Assembly: GCA_965242725.1 (NCBI GenBank)
Contig: CBDESZ010000027.1
Span: forward strand, 1 to 64,000
Direction: 5' to 3'
DNA from: Alkalispirochaeta sp.
Lineage (GTDB): Bacteria; Spirochaetota; Spirochaetia; DSM-27196; Alkalispirochaetaceae
Length of the DNA: 64,000 nt
The position numbers and the translations under genes are program-made. The notes beneath the pieces are model-generated. The model was given only the letters and a program-made list of their open reading frames with translations, searched no databases and was not told where the DNA came from. This document shows, piece by piece, positions 61,987 to 64,000 of this stretch (the first letter of the stretch is position 1; the number at the start of each line of letters is the position of its first letter).

Positions 61987-63570
61987 TCAATACCTCTCCA
62001 GAATCGCCGTGACCCGCTCCCGACCGAGGGTCTTGAGAAACCCGCCCAGACGCGGTCCCTTTTCCTTGCCCACCAGGACAGTGTAGAGAACGGGGAAAAA
62101 CTCCTTCGGCTCTATTCCCTCGTTGCGGGCTATTTCATAGATCGCGTTCTGGACGTCCCGGTCACTCTTATCGTCCAACCCCTCCGAGACGGCGCCGTTG
62201 AGAGCCCGTATCGCCCGCCGTTCCGCCTCTCCGACGGGAACGGGCTCGGCCGTCCGGGGATCCACAACGGTGAACCGAAAATCTTCAGGGGCAAACTGCC
62301 GTATCCAGTTCCACGCACATTCGGCACGGTTCCGTGCAATCGCCGTCAAATGGTCGTCAAGGTCACCGAACCCGGGCATGGCGTCGAGGGCGGCATCCCG
62401 ATCGCCGTCGTGGATAAGCAGGAGATTGCATAAATGGCGGAAGGGAATCTGCGTCGGCAGCGCCCGCGGCGGAGCACCAACCTGGGAGAGTTCATAAATC
62501 CGTCGCTCTTTTTCAGCCCGTTTCTCATTTACCTCTTCCTGACCGAAGTAAATTCGCTCGCACCGATCGTAATCCTCGTAGATCTTGATGACGTCGAGAT
62601 CGAATGAGACGGCAAACTCAGTATTGGGCCGCGTACCCGCAAAGAGGTAGCGCAACACCTCCGGCTGGTACACCTCCAGCACGTCCCTGAGACTTATGAC
62701 TTCACCGGTGGAGCTGGACATCTTCCCGCCCCGTCCCTTGATTCGAATGAAATCGTATTGAAAGGTCACCGGCGCATCCCACCGGTACACCTCTTTTGAG
62801 ATATGCCGGGCGGTATCGAAACTCCCCCCTTCGGAGTGGTGATCCTTTCCCGCCGGCTCAAAATCCACCTCTTCCTCGCGCCAGCGCATCGGCCAGTCGA
62901 TCCGCCAGGGAAGCTTGGCGTATCCCGTCTCGCGAATGTCGATCGTGTCTTCCTGTTCCGACTCTTCACAGTAATAGGTGATGTTCCATTCCCCGTCCCA
63001 GGAGATGACCCGGGTAGTGTCGCGATTTGTAAATCTGCTGAAGACGCTCACCGGCCACCACTCGTCGGGGAGCGGCGAGGTGCGAAAGCGGTTGAGTATC
63101 TCCCGAATCGTCTCCCGTGATTCCAGTGCGGTGCGGATGCCCCGGGCATACCGGGCGGAACGGTACGCTCCGGCCTGGTAAATGTACTCCGGCTCTATTC
63201 CCACCCGGCGCAGTTGTCCTTCCAGTTCTACCTCATTGGCCCGGGCATAACTCTCCTCCACGCCCGCAGGGTCCGGCACGAGGGTAATGGGCCAGCGAAG
63301 GTACTTCTCCCACGCCTCCCGATCGGGAACGGTGGCGGGAACCTTGCGGAAAACATCATAATCGTCCCAGGAGTAAAGAAAGCGAACGTCCTTTCCGGCG
63401 TCGCGGAGCGCCCGGACGACGAGATCCACCGAGATAATTTCACGGAAATTTCCAACGTGTACCGTTCCGGAGGGGGTGATGCCTGATGCACAGGTGTAGC
63501 GCGCTTTTTCGCCCTTTTCGCGTATGATTTTTGCGGCGTTGATATCCGCCCAATGGGTGCTTTTGCTCAT
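61987..63570 (-). CDS. lysS: Lysine--tRNA ligase, class I
   Basis: [39 protein letters not shown]. Confidence 0.96.
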   Translation of the reverse strand: MSKSTHWADINAAKIIREKGEKARYTCASGITPSGTVHVGNFREIISVDLVVRALRDAGKDVRFLYSWDDYDVFRKVPATVPDREAWEKYLRWPITLVPDPAGVEESYARANEVELEGQLRRVGIEPEYIYQAGAYRSARYARGIRTALESRETIREILNRFRTSPLPDEWWPVSVFSRFTNRDTTRVISWDGEWNITYYCEESEQEDTIDIRETGYAKLPWRIDWPMRWREEEVDFEPAGKDHHSEGGSFDTARHISKEVYRWDAPVTFQYDFIRIKGRGGKMSSSTGEVISLRDVLEVYQPEVLRYLFAGTRPNTEFAVSFDLDVIKIYEDYDRCERIYFGQEEVNEKRAEKERRIYELSQVGAPPRALPTQIPFRHLCNLLLIHDGDRDAALDAMPGFGDLDDHLTAIARNRAECAWNWIRQFAPEDFRFTVVDPRTAEPVPVGEAERRAIRALNGAVSEGLDDKSDRDVQNAIYEIARNEGIEPKEFFPVLYTVLVGKEKGPRLGGFLKTLGRERVTAILERY

Positions 63571-63596
63571 AGACGGGCAGTATACGCGCGGGCGGG

Positions 63597-63624
63597 TCAA
63601 TTTTCAACGCGAAGGCGCCGATAG
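63597..63624 (+). promoter_or_regulatory. Putative sigma28 promoter of rlpA
   Basis: TCAA-N16-GCCGATAG. Confidence 0.55.
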
Positions 63625-63673
63625 TGCACATATGCACCTCTCCGTCCCGGTTAATCCCACAGGAGCGCTCCGA

Positions 63674-64000
63674 ATGACCGCCGTGCTGGCGGTACTGATC
63701 GTCACCTTTGCGGCGCCGATTGCGTCGTCTTCTCTCGCCGCAGAGGGACGGAACGACGGGGATCGCCCCGTCCCGCGTCCCACCCGGGTCATTACGACGG
63801 AAGGGTATCAGCTGGAAGGTATCGCATCGTGGTACGGCGGAAAATTCCAGGGCCGACTCACGGCAAACGGCGAGGTATTCGACACCAATGAACTCACCGC
63901 CGCCCACCGTGAACTTCCCTTCGGTACGACCGTCCGGGTGACAAACACCGATACCGGCGCATCGGTCGTCGTCCGCATCAACGACCGGGGTCCCTTTGTG
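63674..64000 (+). CDS. rlpA: Septal ring lytic transglycosylase RlpA family (3' end runs off window)
   Basis: Manual translation: signal-like N-terminus, [43 protein letters not shown]...[12 protein letters not shown]; in-frame ATG also at 63632. Confidence 0.9.
   Translation, partial: MTAVLAVLIVTFAAPIASSSLAAEGRNDGDRPVPRPTRVITTEGYQLEGIASWYGGKFQGRLTANGEVFDTNELTAAHRELPFGTTVRVTNTDTGASVVVRINDRGPFV

Noticed and set aside
1..64000. CRISPR arrays, tRNA/rRNA genes, IS elements, integrases or prophage
   Set aside because: No periodic repeats, cloverleaf-like intergenic segments, transposase or integrase motifs seen; intergenic gaps are short

Overview
A core-chromosome segment (GC-rich, roughly 55-60% by eye) of a free-living spirochaete, probably Spirochaetaceae. 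This is inferred from the class I LysRS, long-type PPi-PFK, CheY with a spirochaete-type N-terminal extension, the Bat/MoxR operon and a DbpA-domain protein. It holds about 55 tightly packed genes: glycolysis and sugar-phosphate metabolism (gpmA, glk, UGPase, manA, pfp, pfkB-like, rpiA, ackA), amino-acid metabolism (proBA, DAHP synthase, arcA, argJ), translation (asnS, lysS, infA, era), oxygen and UV defence (sodA, FprA, sufS, Bat operon, class II photolyase, SMUG1-type UDG), and chemotaxis/regulation (cheY, MCP, NtrC-type activator, DksA). I found no rRNA, tRNA, CRISPR array or mobile element, and no clear-cut new multi-gene system. The best leads are: (i) a lipoprotein subtilase whose propeptide-like domain appears to sit at the C-terminus; (ii) a near-consensus sigma54 promoter stacked with a sigma28-like promoter ahead of an orphan cheY, directly downstream of a sigma54 activator gene; (iii) an unannotated 56-aa basic protein with a strong SD and its own terminator; (iv) pervasive leaderless-type promoter architecture; (v) two genes broken by single-base insertions.
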